Of a stretch of DNA of 30,021 nucleotides, positions 8,899-18,739 are shown piece after piece. A model generated the notes under the pieces. It had not been told where the DNA came from. It worked only from the letters and a program-made list of their open reading frames with translations, and did not search any database. The translations under genes and the position numbers were made by a program. Source of the DNA: Polyangiaceae bacterium. Lineage in GTDB: Bacteria > Myxococcota_A > Polyangia > Polyangiales > Polyangiaceae. Position 1 is the stretch's first letter; each line of letters begins with the position of its first letter. The stretch covers positions 1 through 30,021 of the forward strand of contig JANRKO010000040.1 of the NCBI GenBank assembly GCA_033763455.1, written 5' to 3'.

Positions 8899-9085
8899 GA
8901 CGAGGCTGGACTCCTTGGCCACTGTCCCGCGGGCGCGATCTTGTGGGTTTGCCCCGTGCGTACACGGGAAGCCCGCATTCCGAGTGCTCCATCGTTGACC
9001 GGCTGTTGAGTCGCCAGCGATGAGCTCAAGGGTTTTGGCTTCAAGCTTCCTTGGCGCGCTGCACTGAACATTGTGGGCGCGATCA

Positions 9086-10267
9086 CTACGGAGTCGGTAG
9101 GCGAGTGATCCAACTCTTCGGTGCCGTTGTGTCCCTACTAAGATACACGACGAACGCGCCGTGATTGGGGCTCGAAGCAAACATTCGCGGGTAACCCGTT
9201 GGCGAGGCGGCGATCTCAGTGATTTCACCGGTTATCGGCGACCAGCGCGTTAAGCACTCATGGAAAAGGTACAGGTTGTCGCCGTCAAAATAAGGTGTGC
9301 CAACTCTAAGGTTGTAATCCGGTACCTGGAGAACTCGCTCGGGTGCCCCGCCGGATTTTGGGACTCGCACCAAACTCGATCCCTTGTTTGCGATCAAATA
9401 GACGTACTGACCCTTCACGAATAGGTCTTCCATCTCGTAAGTTCCAGAGAGCAGCGCCTTGGGTGCTCCGCCTACAAGCGGCCGCTGGTATAGGGTCCGC
9501 TCGCCGCGGAAGACGGTGTCCAACGGGACCGCCTCACTCCAATAGATGTTCTCAGAATCCGCGGCAATTCCATCCAGGCACCCGTCTCGCTGTTCGATCA
9601 CATCGAGTGTCATGCCTCCTTTGCTGACCCCATAAATGGTGTTGGGCTCACACCCCGGTGACCCAGAGATGAGCAGCAGCTCCGGGCTCGCAGCCAACAA
9701 GGTAGATGCGCCCACGGGGCCGACTACTTCCGGTGCCGTGTTACCATGGGTCACCGAATAAAGCTTGCTGACGACGGCTCCTCCAAGGATGAATAACTTT
9801 CCGTCGAAGTCGGTTATTGCCACGTTGGGCCACGGCGACGGTGAGACTTGCAGAGGCTCCAGCGAGGGGCGCGCCTGCTTGAGATCGAAGCGCCCAACCG
9901 GCTGAGCATTTAAACCAGCACCAGCCTCATATTTTGCAGTGTAGAGCCAGTCCCCCGAGAGCACGAGGCCGTCAAGAAGACCTGGCGTGTTCGCAAAGAT
10001 CTCTCCTTCGGGCACGCCATCTCCGCAACCGTTAGCACTGGGTACGGGCGACCGCAGGAACTCGGGGAGGGGCACAGTAGACGTTGGAGGCGTATAGGGT
10101 GTGGTAGCGGAACCTTGTGGTGCACCTACCGCCGGCTCATCCGCGCACATGGCAGCGCAATTCAACGCCGCTAAGGTTGCAATGGTTAACCTGGTAAGAT
10201 TTGCGGGGCTCAAGATCGCGCGGAACGGAGGAATCGAGGGTTTCATAGCTTGGTGTTCATGGTTCAT
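9086..10267 (-). CDS. Secreted protein with probable beta-propeller repeats
   Basis: Hydrophobic leader with Cys, a Pro/Thr linker, and blade-like repeats (GIAADSENIYWSE, LVRVPKSGGAP, YQRPLVGGAP, YFDGDNLY). Confidence 0.72.
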   Translation of the reverse strand: MNHEHQAMKPSIPPFRAILSPANLTRLTIATLAALNCAAMCADEPAVGAPQGSATTPYTPPTSTVPLPEFLRSPVPSANGCGDGVPEGEIFANTPGLLDGLVLSGDWLYTAKYEAGAGLNAQPVGRFDLKQARPSLEPLQVSPSPWPNVAITDFDGKLFILGGAVVSKLYSVTHGNTAPEVVGPVGASTLLAASPELLLISGSPGCEPNTIYGVSKGGMTLDVIEQRDGCLDGIAADSENIYWSEAVPLDTVFRGERTLYQRPLVGGAPKALLSGTYEMEDLFVKGQYVYLIANKGSSLVRVPKSGGAPERVLQVPDYNLRVGTPYFDGDNLYLFHECLTRWSPITGEITEIAASPTGYPRMFASSPNHGAFVVYLSRDTTAPKSWITRLPTP

Positions 10268-10596
10268 GCCGCGCCCGCTGGGTCAGCGCAAGGGGACAGC
10301 TCCTCATGCGGTCGCTGGCTCTCTACGGTTCGCAAAACGGAATGCCACGGTGGAGCCACCAGACTGCGCAGTAAGGGATTACCCTCGGTTTTCCGTAGCC
10401 CGCGCTCTTGTGGCGTGCGCAGCTGCTTGCCGGCAGCAGTTCGAGGCAGGATGTCCCACGCCTTGTGTCGTGCTTCTTGCTTCCAGGGGCGAAGAAGCCG
10501 TTTCGCATGAAGAATTCGTGGCGATCCAGCGCGGCGACTTGTTGGCTATTCGTATGAAGCCTGGAAGGGAATCCTCGGACAGCGGGTGATCAAGCC

Positions 10597-10938
10597 ATGA
10601 GTACGGTTGGGTTCGTGCTCGTTGCGGTGCTGTTCTGCCTAAAACTCCTTTGGAACATTGCTATCCCCTATGCCCTTGCAGCGAGAGCATTCAAGAGCAA
10701 GCCTGGACAAGCAAACGGCATTTCGCTGATTCCATTCGTCGAGATAGTCCTTCTTCTTGCAGCAGTGGTTCTGTCAGCGTTCAGGAGTCTTGCGTGGCCG
10801 TGGAGTTCAGCCGGAGTGGCTTTCATCGGTATGGCGATGATTGTAGCCTCATATGTACATATGGTCGTGGCCGGGAGCCTCGCAGGGTGGATCGCTCGAT
10901 GGCTTCGGAATCGGCACGTCTCTGGCCCACCAAGTTGA
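10597..10938 (+). CDS. Small membrane protein (about 3 TM), function unknown
   Basis: 113-aa ATG ORF with three hydrophobic segments. Confidence 0.65.
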   Translation: MSTVGFVLVAVLFCLKLLWNIAIPYALAARAFKSKPGQANGISLIPFVEIVLLLAAVVLSAFRSLAWPWSSAGVAFIGMAMIVASYVHMVVAGSLAGWIARWLRNRHVSGPPS

Positions 10939-11105
10939 ATCCCACCAGGCTGAGTCGTTGTGCCTGTTGCGCGCCAAATTGCGAATCGCAAATCAATACG
11001 AAGCAAAACTAACTAGCGCTACAGATCCTGGGGCAAAACACCGGGGGCGATTCGGGCTTGGTGACAAGGGTGGGTCACGCATTATGCGCAGAGTCGCAGG
11101 TACCG

Positions 11106-12752
11106 CTACGCGAGATTTGTAGCCCGCGATTCCTCGCTCGCTGCAACCACAGATTCCGGCCGATCCCCTTCAAGGTCCGGCCGATTTTTCTTCCACCAAA
11201 GCTCGGCGCGTTCCGGTGTCCACGGGTGTTCGAAGCTCAGCGCCGCGAGCGCCTCTCTCAGCTCTTTTGCTGATTGGGGGCGCTTATTGGGGTTCTTTTC
11301 CAGGCAATTCATGATCACTGCTTCGAGCCCGGGGTGAAGCTCTTCGTCGATGCGCTTTGACGGTGCGATGGGCTTCTGGTGCGCGTGCATCACCAAGATG
11401 TCGTGGCGAGTCGTGGCGTCAAACACGGGTTTTCCGGTGAGCAGCCAGTAACCGACGCAACCGAGCGCGTAAAGATCGGCGCGAGCATCCACGGGTGCTT
11501 GAAAGCGCACCATCTCAGGTGCCATCACCATGGGCGTTCCTACTAGGCGCTGCTCATCTTCGAGTTCGACCGCTGTGGGATGCCGATCCATCACCAACCC
11601 AAAATCCAACACCTTTACGAAGTCGTAATCATTGCCAGAGTGGCACGTAAAAATGTTGGCCGGCTTCACGTCGCGATGAACGAAGTTGCGATCATGCGCC
11701 TCGGCGAGTGAATGACACACCTGCGCCATCAGAGAGGCCACGCGTTCTGCCGGTTGCCTACCAAACTGCTCCACGAGGGTTTTCAGATCGAGCCCGTTGA
11801 GCAGCTCCATGACGTAGAAGAAGGCACCCTCTGGCGTTAACCCAAAATCATACACTTGGATGGTATGGGGAGAACGCAGAGAGGCGGTTGTCTGCGCTTC
11901 GCGGGCGAAAATTCGCAGCAACCTTTCCACATCTTTGGGGCCGTGCTGCAAGAGCACTTTGGGCCGAATGAGCTTGATCGCCGCGGGGCGAGCGAGCATC
12001 CGGTGATCGGCGCGCCACACCTCAGCCATTCCTCCCATGCCTAACCGCTCCACGAGATGATAGCTGCCCACCTCACGGGCTTTTACGATGCCTTCACTCA
12101 GACGATGCACCGCGCGTGAAATCTTGTAGCCCACGCTCGCTGCGAGCACCGGTGAACCCATCAAGAACAAGATCTCTGTGAGAGACGGCACTGACTTGTG
12201 CGCGTACACGAGCAAGAAGGCCAGCGGATCGGCCGCCGCTGCTGCGAGAAATGCCAAGAGTGCTGTCTTAGGTGGCGCAGGAATGAGCGAAGCGAAGGCC
12301 AAGATCGGAATAACCACGGGCGAAACTTGTCGCGCAACTTGTGCGGCCGTTGACGGCTCCGAGTGTCGGAACAAACCGAGTACGAAGCACAGCCCGATCA
12401 GATAAAGGTGGCCAAGGTCGTGCACCACCGCGGGGCTCTTCCGGCCGAAGCTTGCGACGAGCACCATGACTACCGAAAGGCCTACGCCCACGAGCAGCGA
12501 GCCGCGGGCCAGGCTTGCTCCGCCATTCTCAACTTGAGGCAAGAAACCCCACACACCGAGCAGCACCAAGCTGAGGCAGATGGCAGCGAAAATCGCGATA
12601 TGCTGCAGTTTGGTAACGGCGGGCCCGAGCAGGTCGGCGTGGAGCTCACGATTGGCCGCCGCGCGAACCGCCGCTTGCTGATCCCATGCCTCGGCGGAAA
12701 CTAGCTGTTTTTGTGCCGTCGAAGATTCCTCGGACGACCCGCGCGCCTTCAT
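11106..12752 (-). CDS. Hanks-type Ser/Thr protein kinase with an N-terminal ~6-TM domain
   Basis: LGMGGMAEV, AAIKLI, HRDVKPAN, VKVLDFGL, GTPMVMAPE and DLYALG. Start is uncertain (12809, 12764 or 12752). Confidence 0.95.
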   Translation of the reverse strand: MKARGSSEESSTAQKQLVSAEAWDQQAAVRAAANRELHADLLGPAVTKLQHIAIFAAICLSLVLLGVWGFLPQVENGGASLARGSLLVGVGLSVVMVLVASFGRKSPAVVHDLGHLYLIGLCFVLGLFRHSEPSTAAQVARQVSPVVIPILAFASLIPAPPKTALLAFLAAAAADPLAFLLVYAHKSVPSLTEILFLMGSPVLAASVGYKISRAVHRLSEGIVKAREVGSYHLVERLGMGGMAEVWRADHRMLARPAAIKLIRPKVLLQHGPKDVERLLRIFAREAQTTASLRSPHTIQVYDFGLTPEGAFFYVMELLNGLDLKTLVEQFGRQPAERVASLMAQVCHSLAEAHDRNFVHRDVKPANIFTCHSGNDYDFVKVLDFGLVMDRHPTAVELEDEQRLVGTPMVMAPEMVRFQAPVDARADLYALGCVGYWLLTGKPVFDATTRHDILVMHAHQKPIAPSKRIDEELHPGLEAVIMNCLEKNPNKRPQSAKELREALAALSFEHPWTPERAELWWKKNRPDLEGDRPESVVAASEESRATNLA

Positions 12753-12870
12753 GGACGCCAGCATACGGCAGGTTTGCTCGGCAAATGGGGTCAGAAACAC
12801 CAACGACATGGAAGCAATCGGTCTGAATCATTTTGGAAACATAAGCCGGAGCAGCATAGGCACCTCACCG

Positions 12871-12902
12871 GGCACCCTCTTCGGCCCGGCACCCTCTTCG
12901 GC
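12871..12902. repeat. 15-bp direct repeat GGCACCCTCTTCGGC x2 upstream of amt
   Basis: Copies at 12871-12885 and 12888-12902, overlapping a hairpin CCGGGC...GCCCGG at 12868-12889. Confidence 0.85.
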
Positions 12903-12936
12903 TTGACCCACACGCGACTCACAAGGAACCAGCCCA

Positions 12937-14397
12937 ATGAAAAAAGCGCTACTAGCCCTAATAACCGCACTTCTCTGCGCGTTTGCGTTCGCAGGGAGCC
13001 CAACTCCGGCCTACGCCGACACCCCTGCTGCTGCCGCACCGGTGGACACCGCAGCCATGGAAAAGCGCATCGCTGACCTGGAGGCTTACGTGAACAACGG
13101 AGCGCGGGCCGACGAAGCCACCTCCAAGATTGCCGCCCCCGGACCGGGCCACAACGGCTTCATGATGGTGTGTGCAGCGCTTGTGCTCTTCATGACCTTG
13201 CCGGGCCTCGCGCTTTTCTACGGCGGCTTGGTTCGCACCAAGAACGTGCTCTCCATCATGGCGCAGTGCATGGGTATCGCCGGGCTCGTCACCATCATGT
13301 GGTGGGCGTTTGGCTACAGCGTCACGTTCTCTCCGGGGAACGCCTTCATCGGCGGCTTCTCAAACATGTTCCTCAATGGTGTCGGTGCGGCTCCCAATAC
13401 CGCCTACGCAGCTTGGGTATCGCAAGACACCTTCGCCATGTATCAGCTGATGTTCGCCATCATCACGCCCGCTCTTATTGTTGGCGCAATTGCCGAGCGC
13501 ATTAAGTTCAGCGCGCTCATGCTCTTCGTTGCCGGTTGGATGATTGTCGTTTACTTCCCTCTCGCTCACATGGTGTGGGGCGCTGATGGCTTCATGAACG
13601 GCGTGTGGAACGCCAACGCCGGAATCAAGGCAATCGATTTTGCCGGTGGTACTGTGGTTCACATGTCTTCCGGTTGGTCCGCACTCGTGCTGGCACTCAT
13701 CGTTGGCAAGCGCAAAGGTTTTGGCTCTGAGAATTTCGCTCCTCACAGCCTGGTATTGACCATGGTGGGCACTGGCATGCTGTGGGTTGGCTGGTACGGC
13801 TTCAACGCTGGCAGCGCCGTAGCTGCTGATGGCGTGGCTTCCCAAGCGTTCATGACCACCACTTTGGCGGCTGCGATTGCTGGCTTTGCCTGGGCTTCCA
13901 TCGAGTGGCTCACGCACGGCAAACCCAGCGTACTCGGCTTCTGCTCCGGCATTGTTGGTGGCCTCGTGGTGGTAACCCCCGCTTGTGGCTTCATCACCGC
14001 TAACGGCGCAGTGATCATCGGTGTACTTGCTGGAGTGATCCCCTTCTATGCTTGCACGAAGCTCAAGGGTCTTCTCGGCTACGACGACGCACTGGATACC
14101 TTCGGCGTTCACGCCGTGGGTGGTACTCTCGGTGCACTGCTCACCGGCATCCTCGCAACCCCCACAGCCAACGCAAACCTCAACCTCAACCTCAAGGATG
14201 TTGTCGGCAGCACCCTCTGGCTTGAACAATTGAAAGCTATGGGCCTCACGCTCGCTATCTCCCTCGCTGGCACGGTGGTTCTCGGCTATGCGATCAAGTT
14301 CGCGATTGGCCTCCGCCCCTCGGCTGACGACGAAGAGAGTGGTCTCGACATCACCGACCACGGTGAGCGCGGTTACCACCTCACCGAAGGCGCATAA
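12937..14397 (+). CDS. amtB: Ammonium transporter (Amt family) with signal peptide and N-terminal extension
   Basis: PGLALFYGGLVR, QLMFAIIT, HMVWG, DFAGGTVVH, WYGFNAGS, YDDALDTFGVH (twin His and Phe gate intact) and GLDITDHGE; AAGGA ribosome-binding site. Confidence 0.97.
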   Translation: MKKALLALITALLCAFAFAGSPTPAYADTPAAAAPVDTAAMEKRIADLEAYVNNGARADEATSKIAAPGPGHNGFMMVCAALVLFMTLPGLALFYGGLVRTKNVLSIMAQCMGIAGLVTIMWWAFGYSVTFSPGNAFIGGFSNMFLNGVGAAPNTAYAAWVSQDTFAMYQLMFAIITPALIVGAIAERIKFSALMLFVAGWMIVVYFPLAHMVWGADGFMNGVWNANAGIKAIDFAGGTVVHMSSGWSALVLALIVGKRKGFGSENFAPHSLVLTMVGTGMLWVGWYGFNAGSAVAADGVASQAFMTTTLAAAIAGFAWASIEWLTHGKPSVLGFCSGIVGGLVVVTPACGFITANGAVIIGVLAGVIPFYACTKLKGLLGYDDALDTFGVHAVGGTLGALLTGILATPTANANLNLNLKDVVGSTLWLEQLKAMGLTLAISLAGTVVLGYAIKFAIGLRPSADDEESGLDITDHGERGYHLTEGA

Positions 14398-14446
14398 CAG
14401 CGTAGTAAGCAAAAAGTGTGCATCTCGAAGCGAGAGGCGCACCACG

Positions 14447-14474
14447 AAAACCCCGGACCAGTTCCGGGGTTTTT
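14447..14474. terminator. Bidirectional intrinsic terminator between convergent amt and BASS genes
   Basis: AAAACCCCGGA-CCAGT-TCCGGGGTTTTT; preceded by a second hairpin at 14416-14442. Confidence 0.88.
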
Positions 14475-14507
14475 GCTATTTTTGGACAGCCAATGAGGCC
14501 ATTGTTG

Positions 14508-15479
14508 CTAGCTCTTCTGTCCGTCTGCCCCGTGGTCGACGGCAGGCTTGTGCGCCCACCTGGCAATGAAGCCATCGAAGATGATTTGCGCCGGGTGAAA
14601 GATCAGTGCGGGCAGGAGCGCCAGCGGGTATTTGGTTGCGAACACGGTGGACCACACAGCCAGGGTGACGGGAAGGCTCTTCTGTGAGGTGACGAACGCC
14701 GTGGATATCGCAACGCTACGCCCGAGGCGCCAACCAATGCGACCAAACCCGTAGGCAAACGCCAAGAGCAGGCCGTGCACCAGAAGCGCTGGCCAGAGCA
14801 GGCCCAGTAAATGCCCCAAGGAGAGCTGCCTCAAGACATCTGCATGCGGGGATACAGCCAAGAGCACTGTCATCCCGAGCAACAGCACCGGGCCGTGCCG
14901 ACGAAGAGCTAAGGTTGGCTCAATGATCGACGGGAAACGACGCCGAAGCCCGAGCCCAAACAAAGACGGCAGGAGGATATAGAAAAACAGTTTCTTGAAT
15001 AGCGCCGCCTGATCAATCGGATAGATAGCGGCTAACGTCCAGCTCAAGTTAAACGGCAGCGTCAAGATCCCGAGCGCGTTAAGAAACACGGTTAAAAACA
15101 GCGCAGCAGCCGCATCCCCCCCTGCACGTGTAGCCACCACAATGCCAGAGACGATTGTCGGGGTGGTGCAACACATCAACAGGAAGCCCACCCGATCCGA
15201 ATCCGCAAGCGGCACCACACCGAGCAACGCATAGCCCAGCACAGGCCCTAAGCCATAAGCCACGAGTGCTCCCCAAATAAGGGAACGAATCAGCTCGCTG
15301 CCTCTGCGAAACGCGCTGACATCTAGCCCCAGGCCTTGCAGAACGAAAATCCCGACGATGAACACCTGCGTCAGGCCGAGCGCTTCCAGGGCCATTCCGA
15401 AAGCGGGCTCCAGCGTGGCCAGCATGAGCGCGAGCGCAATCACCAAGATCAGCAGGTTCTTTTCGACGGCGGAGCGCAT
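14508..15479 (-). CDS. Bile acid:sodium symporter (BASS/SBF-like) family transporter
   Basis: IFVLQGLGL, CCTTPTIVSG..ATRAGGD, NALGILTLP, SQKSLP and IFHPAQIIFD; about 10 TM. Start is 15479 or 15512. Confidence 0.88.
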   Translation of the reverse strand: MRSAVEKNLLILVIALALMLATLEPAFGMALEALGLTQVFIVGIFVLQGLGLDVSAFRRGSELIRSLIWGALVAYGLGPVLGYALLGVVPLADSDRVGFLLMCCTTPTIVSGIVVATRAGGDAAAALFLTVFLNALGILTLPFNLSWTLAAIYPIDQAALFKKLFFYILLPSLFGLGLRRRFPSIIEPTLALRRHGPVLLLGMTVLLAVSPHADVLRQLSLGHLLGLLWPALLVHGLLLAFAYGFGRIGWRLGRSVAISTAFVTSQKSLPVTLAVWSTVFATKYPLALLPALIFHPAQIIFDGFIARWAHKPAVDHGADGQKS

Positions 15480-15605
15480 GCCCAATGAAGATCGCGAGGT
15501 TGTGGGGCGCACTAGCGCGGAGCCTCATTTGGCCTCATGCTCGATGGTGGAAGCGTCGTCAATGGCCTTTACCCCCTAGCACTCGGCTGGCATAAGGCGT
15601 GAACT

Positions 15606-17699
15606 ATGCATGCCATCTGGTTCATGCTGACCGCACTTGCGGTCTTAGCTATCGCCTACCGTTACTACTCCGCGTTCATCGCTGCCAAAGTTCTGGCGCT
15701 TTCGCCAGCACGGGTAACCCCCGCACACACGCAGCGAGACGGCCACAACTTTCACCCGACTAATCGCTGGGTGCTCTTTGGCCACCACTTCGCGGCCATT
15801 ACCGGCGCGGGGCCACTGATTGGGCCGGTGCTGGCGGCGCAATTTGGATTCTTACCGGGCTACACGTGGATCCTTTTCGGTGTGGTGTTTGGCGGCGCCG
15901 TTCATGATTTTGTGATTTTAGTGTCTTCGGTACGCCGTGGGGGCCGCTCCCTCGCTGCCATTGCGCGCGAAGAACTCGGGCCCGTGCTGGGAGCTATCAC
16001 GGGGCTCGCTATCTTGTTTATCGTAGTGATAGCGCTGGCGGGCCTGGGCAAGGTGGTGGTGGGTGCCCTCGCCGAATCAGCCTGGGGCGTCTTTACGATT
16101 GGGCTCTCGATTCCGATCGCGCTTGGCATGGGCCTTTACATCTACAAGGTGCGGGGCGGTTCTGTGCAAGGGATCCGCGAAGCCACCCTAGGGGGAGTCG
16201 CGCTACTACTATTGGCCTTAGTTTTCGGGAAAACCATCCAAGATGGGCCTTTTGGGCACAGCTTGAAGCTGTCGCAAGACACGCTCACGTACTGCATTGC
16301 AGCCTACGGGTTTGCAGCCAGCGTGCTCCCCGTGTGGCTGTTGCTCTGCCCGAGGGATTACCTTTCCAGCTACCTGAAGATCGGAACGATTGGGCTCTTG
16401 GTGATTGGTATTGTGATCGTAAATCCCGTCATTGAGATGCCACTCTTAAACAGCGTTACTGCCAAGGCTGTGCAAGTCGGCGGAGACACGTTTACTCCGA
16501 TCGTGAAAGGCCAGATTTTTCCTTTCGTCTTCATCACCATCGCGTGTGGTGCCATCAGCGGGTTTCATTCACTGGTAGCAAGCGGCACCACGCCCAAGAT
16601 GGTCGATCAAGAACCGGACTGTCGCGCTATTGGTTACGGCGCGATGCTCATGGAGGGCCTGGTGGGTATCACTGCGCTCATCGCGGCCACAGCGCTTCCC
16701 CCGAGCGATTACTTTGCCATCAACACCGACCCATTAATTCCCATTGTGGCGGCTCCCGGTGGGCACGGCTTGGCCAAAAACGCTGAGCAATTGGCCGCCT
16801 TGGGCGACACCCTTTCACCCGCAGATCGCAGACACCTGGGCCTAAAACCAGGTGAATCTGTAGAGGTCTTGGTTGGCAAGAGCGCAAAAGCCAGTGAGTT
16901 ACTTCACCTCTCGAACCGCACGCTCGCAGCACTCGACTACAATGTGGATCCTTCCGAAGAAACCGCGACGGAGCTGACGCACGGCGATTTCTTGCGCCTA
17001 GGCATTCACGTGGCGGAGCTTCCGCTTTTGGCGGAAGAAAGCCGAGAAGTCATCGCCGCACGTACCGGTGGCGCCGTCTCGTTGGCGGTCGGGATGGCAC
17101 GCGTTTTCTCGAGCCTCCCGGGCATGAAGACGCTGATCGCTTATTGGTATCACTTCGCGATCATGTTTGAAGCGTTATTCGTGCTCACCACCATTGATAC
17201 TGGCACTCGTGTTGGCAGGCTCTTGCTCCAAGAATTCGTGGGGCGTGTCTGGGAGCCTTTCGGGCGCACTTCGTGGGTGCCCGGGTCCGTGTTGGCTTCG
17301 CTCGCGATTGTGGTGGCTTGGAGCTATTTCATCCTCACAGGCTCCATCTCTACTATCTGGCCAATGTTCGGCATTGCCAATCAGCTGTTGGCTTGCACGG
17401 CGCTCGCGGTAGGCACCACGGTGTTGCTCAAAGAAGCGCAAAAGCCCCGTTACGCGCTCATCACACTTTGCCCTCTCTTGTTCGTTGGCACCACCACGAT
17501 AACAGCGGGCTTTCAGGCTATTTTTTCGATGTACCTGCCAATGCTGAACACGCCAGCCACCCATACCTTGGGCCTGGTGAATTCGACGGTTACGTCGTTA
17601 TTGCTCGTGGGCGTGATAGCTATCTTGGTTGGCAGTGTGTTTCGCTGGCAGGCGTTGCTCAAGTTGCGAGCCTCACAGGTTAACTTCTCTACTACCTAG
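15606..17699 (+). CDS. cstA: Carbon starvation protein A family transporter (peptide/pyruvate)
   Basis: VLFGHHFAAITGAGPLIGP, PRDYLSSYLK, IACGAISGFHSL, YHFAIMFEALFVLTTIDTGTR and IWPMFGIANQLLA. Confidence 0.96.
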   Translation: MHAIWFMLTALAVLAIAYRYYSAFIAAKVLALSPARVTPAHTQRDGHNFHPTNRWVLFGHHFAAITGAGPLIGPVLAAQFGFLPGYTWILFGVVFGGAVHDFVILVSSVRRGGRSLAAIAREELGPVLGAITGLAILFIVVIALAGLGKVVVGALAESAWGVFTIGLSIPIALGMGLYIYKVRGGSVQGIREATLGGVALLLLALVFGKTIQDGPFGHSLKLSQDTLTYCIAAYGFAASVLPVWLLLCPRDYLSSYLKIGTIGLLVIGIVIVNPVIEMPLLNSVTAKAVQVGGDTFTPIVKGQIFPFVFITIACGAISGFHSLVASGTTPKMVDQEPDCRAIGYGAMLMEGLVGITALIAATALPPSDYFAINTDPLIPIVAAPGGHGLAKNAEQLAALGDTLSPADRRHLGLKPGESVEVLVGKSAKASELLHLSNRTLAALDYNVDPSEETATELTHGDFLRLGIHVAELPLLAEESREVIAARTGGAVSLAVGMARVFSSLPGMKTLIAYWYHFAIMFEALFVLTTIDTGTRVGRLLLQEFVGRVWEPFGRTSWVPGSVLASLAIVVAWSYFILTGSISTIWPMFGIANQLLACTALAVGTTVLLKEAQKPRYALITLCPLLFVGTTTITAGFQAIFSMYLPMLNTPATHTLGLVNSTVTSLLLVGVIAILVGSVFRWQALLKLRASQVNFSTT

Positions 17700-17809
17700 T
17701 GATATTTTTTGCACACGCGCATTGGATTCAGGAGCATGCGCTCGATGAGCGCTCACGAGAAGCAGCAACCGAAGGTGTCCTCATTTTCAGAAAAGTTCGC
17801 GGCCAGCTC

Positions 17810-18619
17810 TCAGGGCCAAACGCTTCCCGTTTGTAGCGCAACACCACGAAGCTGTTCGCAGAGCTCGTGGTGGATAAGCCCGTTGGTCGCCAGCACACGG
17901 CCATTCTTCACATCCAAGAGGCCACCATCCAGATCTGTTACCCGCCCGCCCGCCGCAGCCACCAACGCCGCGCCGCCTGCTACGTCCCAGGGTGAAAGGC
18001 GCCGTTCCCAAGCGCCATCGAGCCAACCCGCCGCAACGAACGCGAGGTCGAGCGCAGCCGAGCCCAAACGCCGGGTGCCGCGTGAGGAGGAGTTCAAAGC
18101 AGTGAATTCAGGAATGTTCTCATTCGGTTCGGGCCGTGTGGAAGGGAAGCCCGTAACCACCAACGCTTCTTGAACACGTTGTGCAGCGGAAACCGAGAGC
18201 GCTCGTCCGTTGCGAAAAGCACCGAGCCCCACCGCCCCCGAAAACGTGAAACCCAAAGCCGGCGCGTGCACCACACCCAAGGTTGGCACGCCATCTTTCA
18301 CAAGCCCAATCGAGACAGCGAAGAGCGGCAGCCCATGCGTGAAGTTGATCGTTCCGTCCAATGGGTCCACATAAAACACCGGCGCGCCTGCCGCCTGCTC
18401 CACGCGCCCACCTTCTTCACCCACCACCGCACACTCGGGAAAGGCGCGCTTCAGCCGCTCCAGCACCAACACTTCCGATCGTCGATCAAACGCCGTTACG
18501 AGATCATGCAGAGCAGCTTTAGATTCCGTCTTAGGACGACTTTCCCAGCCCTCCATGAGGATTGCCCCCGCTTCATTGGCAATTTGGATCAAAGTCTGAA
18601 GGATTTCGCTGTCGTCCAC
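17810..18619 (-). CDS. suhB: Inositol monophosphatase family protein (SuhB-like)
   Basis: DLVTAFD, GEE, VDPLDGTINF, RRLGSAALDL and WDVAGG. Confidence 0.93.
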   Translation of the reverse strand: MDDSEILQTLIQIANEAGAILMEGWESRPKTESKAALHDLVTAFDRRSEVLVLERLKRAFPECAVVGEEGGRVEQAAGAPVFYVDPLDGTINFTHGLPLFAVSIGLVKDGVPTLGVVHAPALGFTFSGAVGLGAFRNGRALSVSAAQRVQEALVVTGFPSTRPEPNENIPEFTALNSSSRGTRRLGSAALDLAFVAAGWLDGAWERRLSPWDVAGGAALVAAAGGRVTDLDGGLLDVKNGRVLATNGLIHHELCEQLRGVALQTGSVWP

Positions 18620-18712
18620 GATGCAAATAGGTACTCCAATAGCGCCACCTCCGCCCTGACTAAATTCGCATCCGATTTAATTTGGCCAGCTTCCAGGAAG
18701 CGAGGACCACGA

Positions 18713-18733
18713 CCGCTGCAACGGCGGTTCGGC
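18713..18733 (-). mobile_element. Left half of an attC-like site (R''-spacer-L'') downstream of the VOC gene
   Basis: Minus strand GCCGAAC-CGCCG-TTGCAGCGG begins 6 nt after the VOC stop codon; the right half is not recognisable. Confidence 0.5.
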
Positions 18734-18739
18734 TGCACC

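Noticed and set aside
10979..10991. Palindrome TTGCGA-A-TCGCAA
   Set aside because: It is short, single-copy and lies between convergent gene ends; there is no evidence of function.
12770..12936. Sigma-54 promoter for amt
   Set aside because: I found no correctly spaced TGGCAC-N5-TTGC or GG-N10-GC motif.
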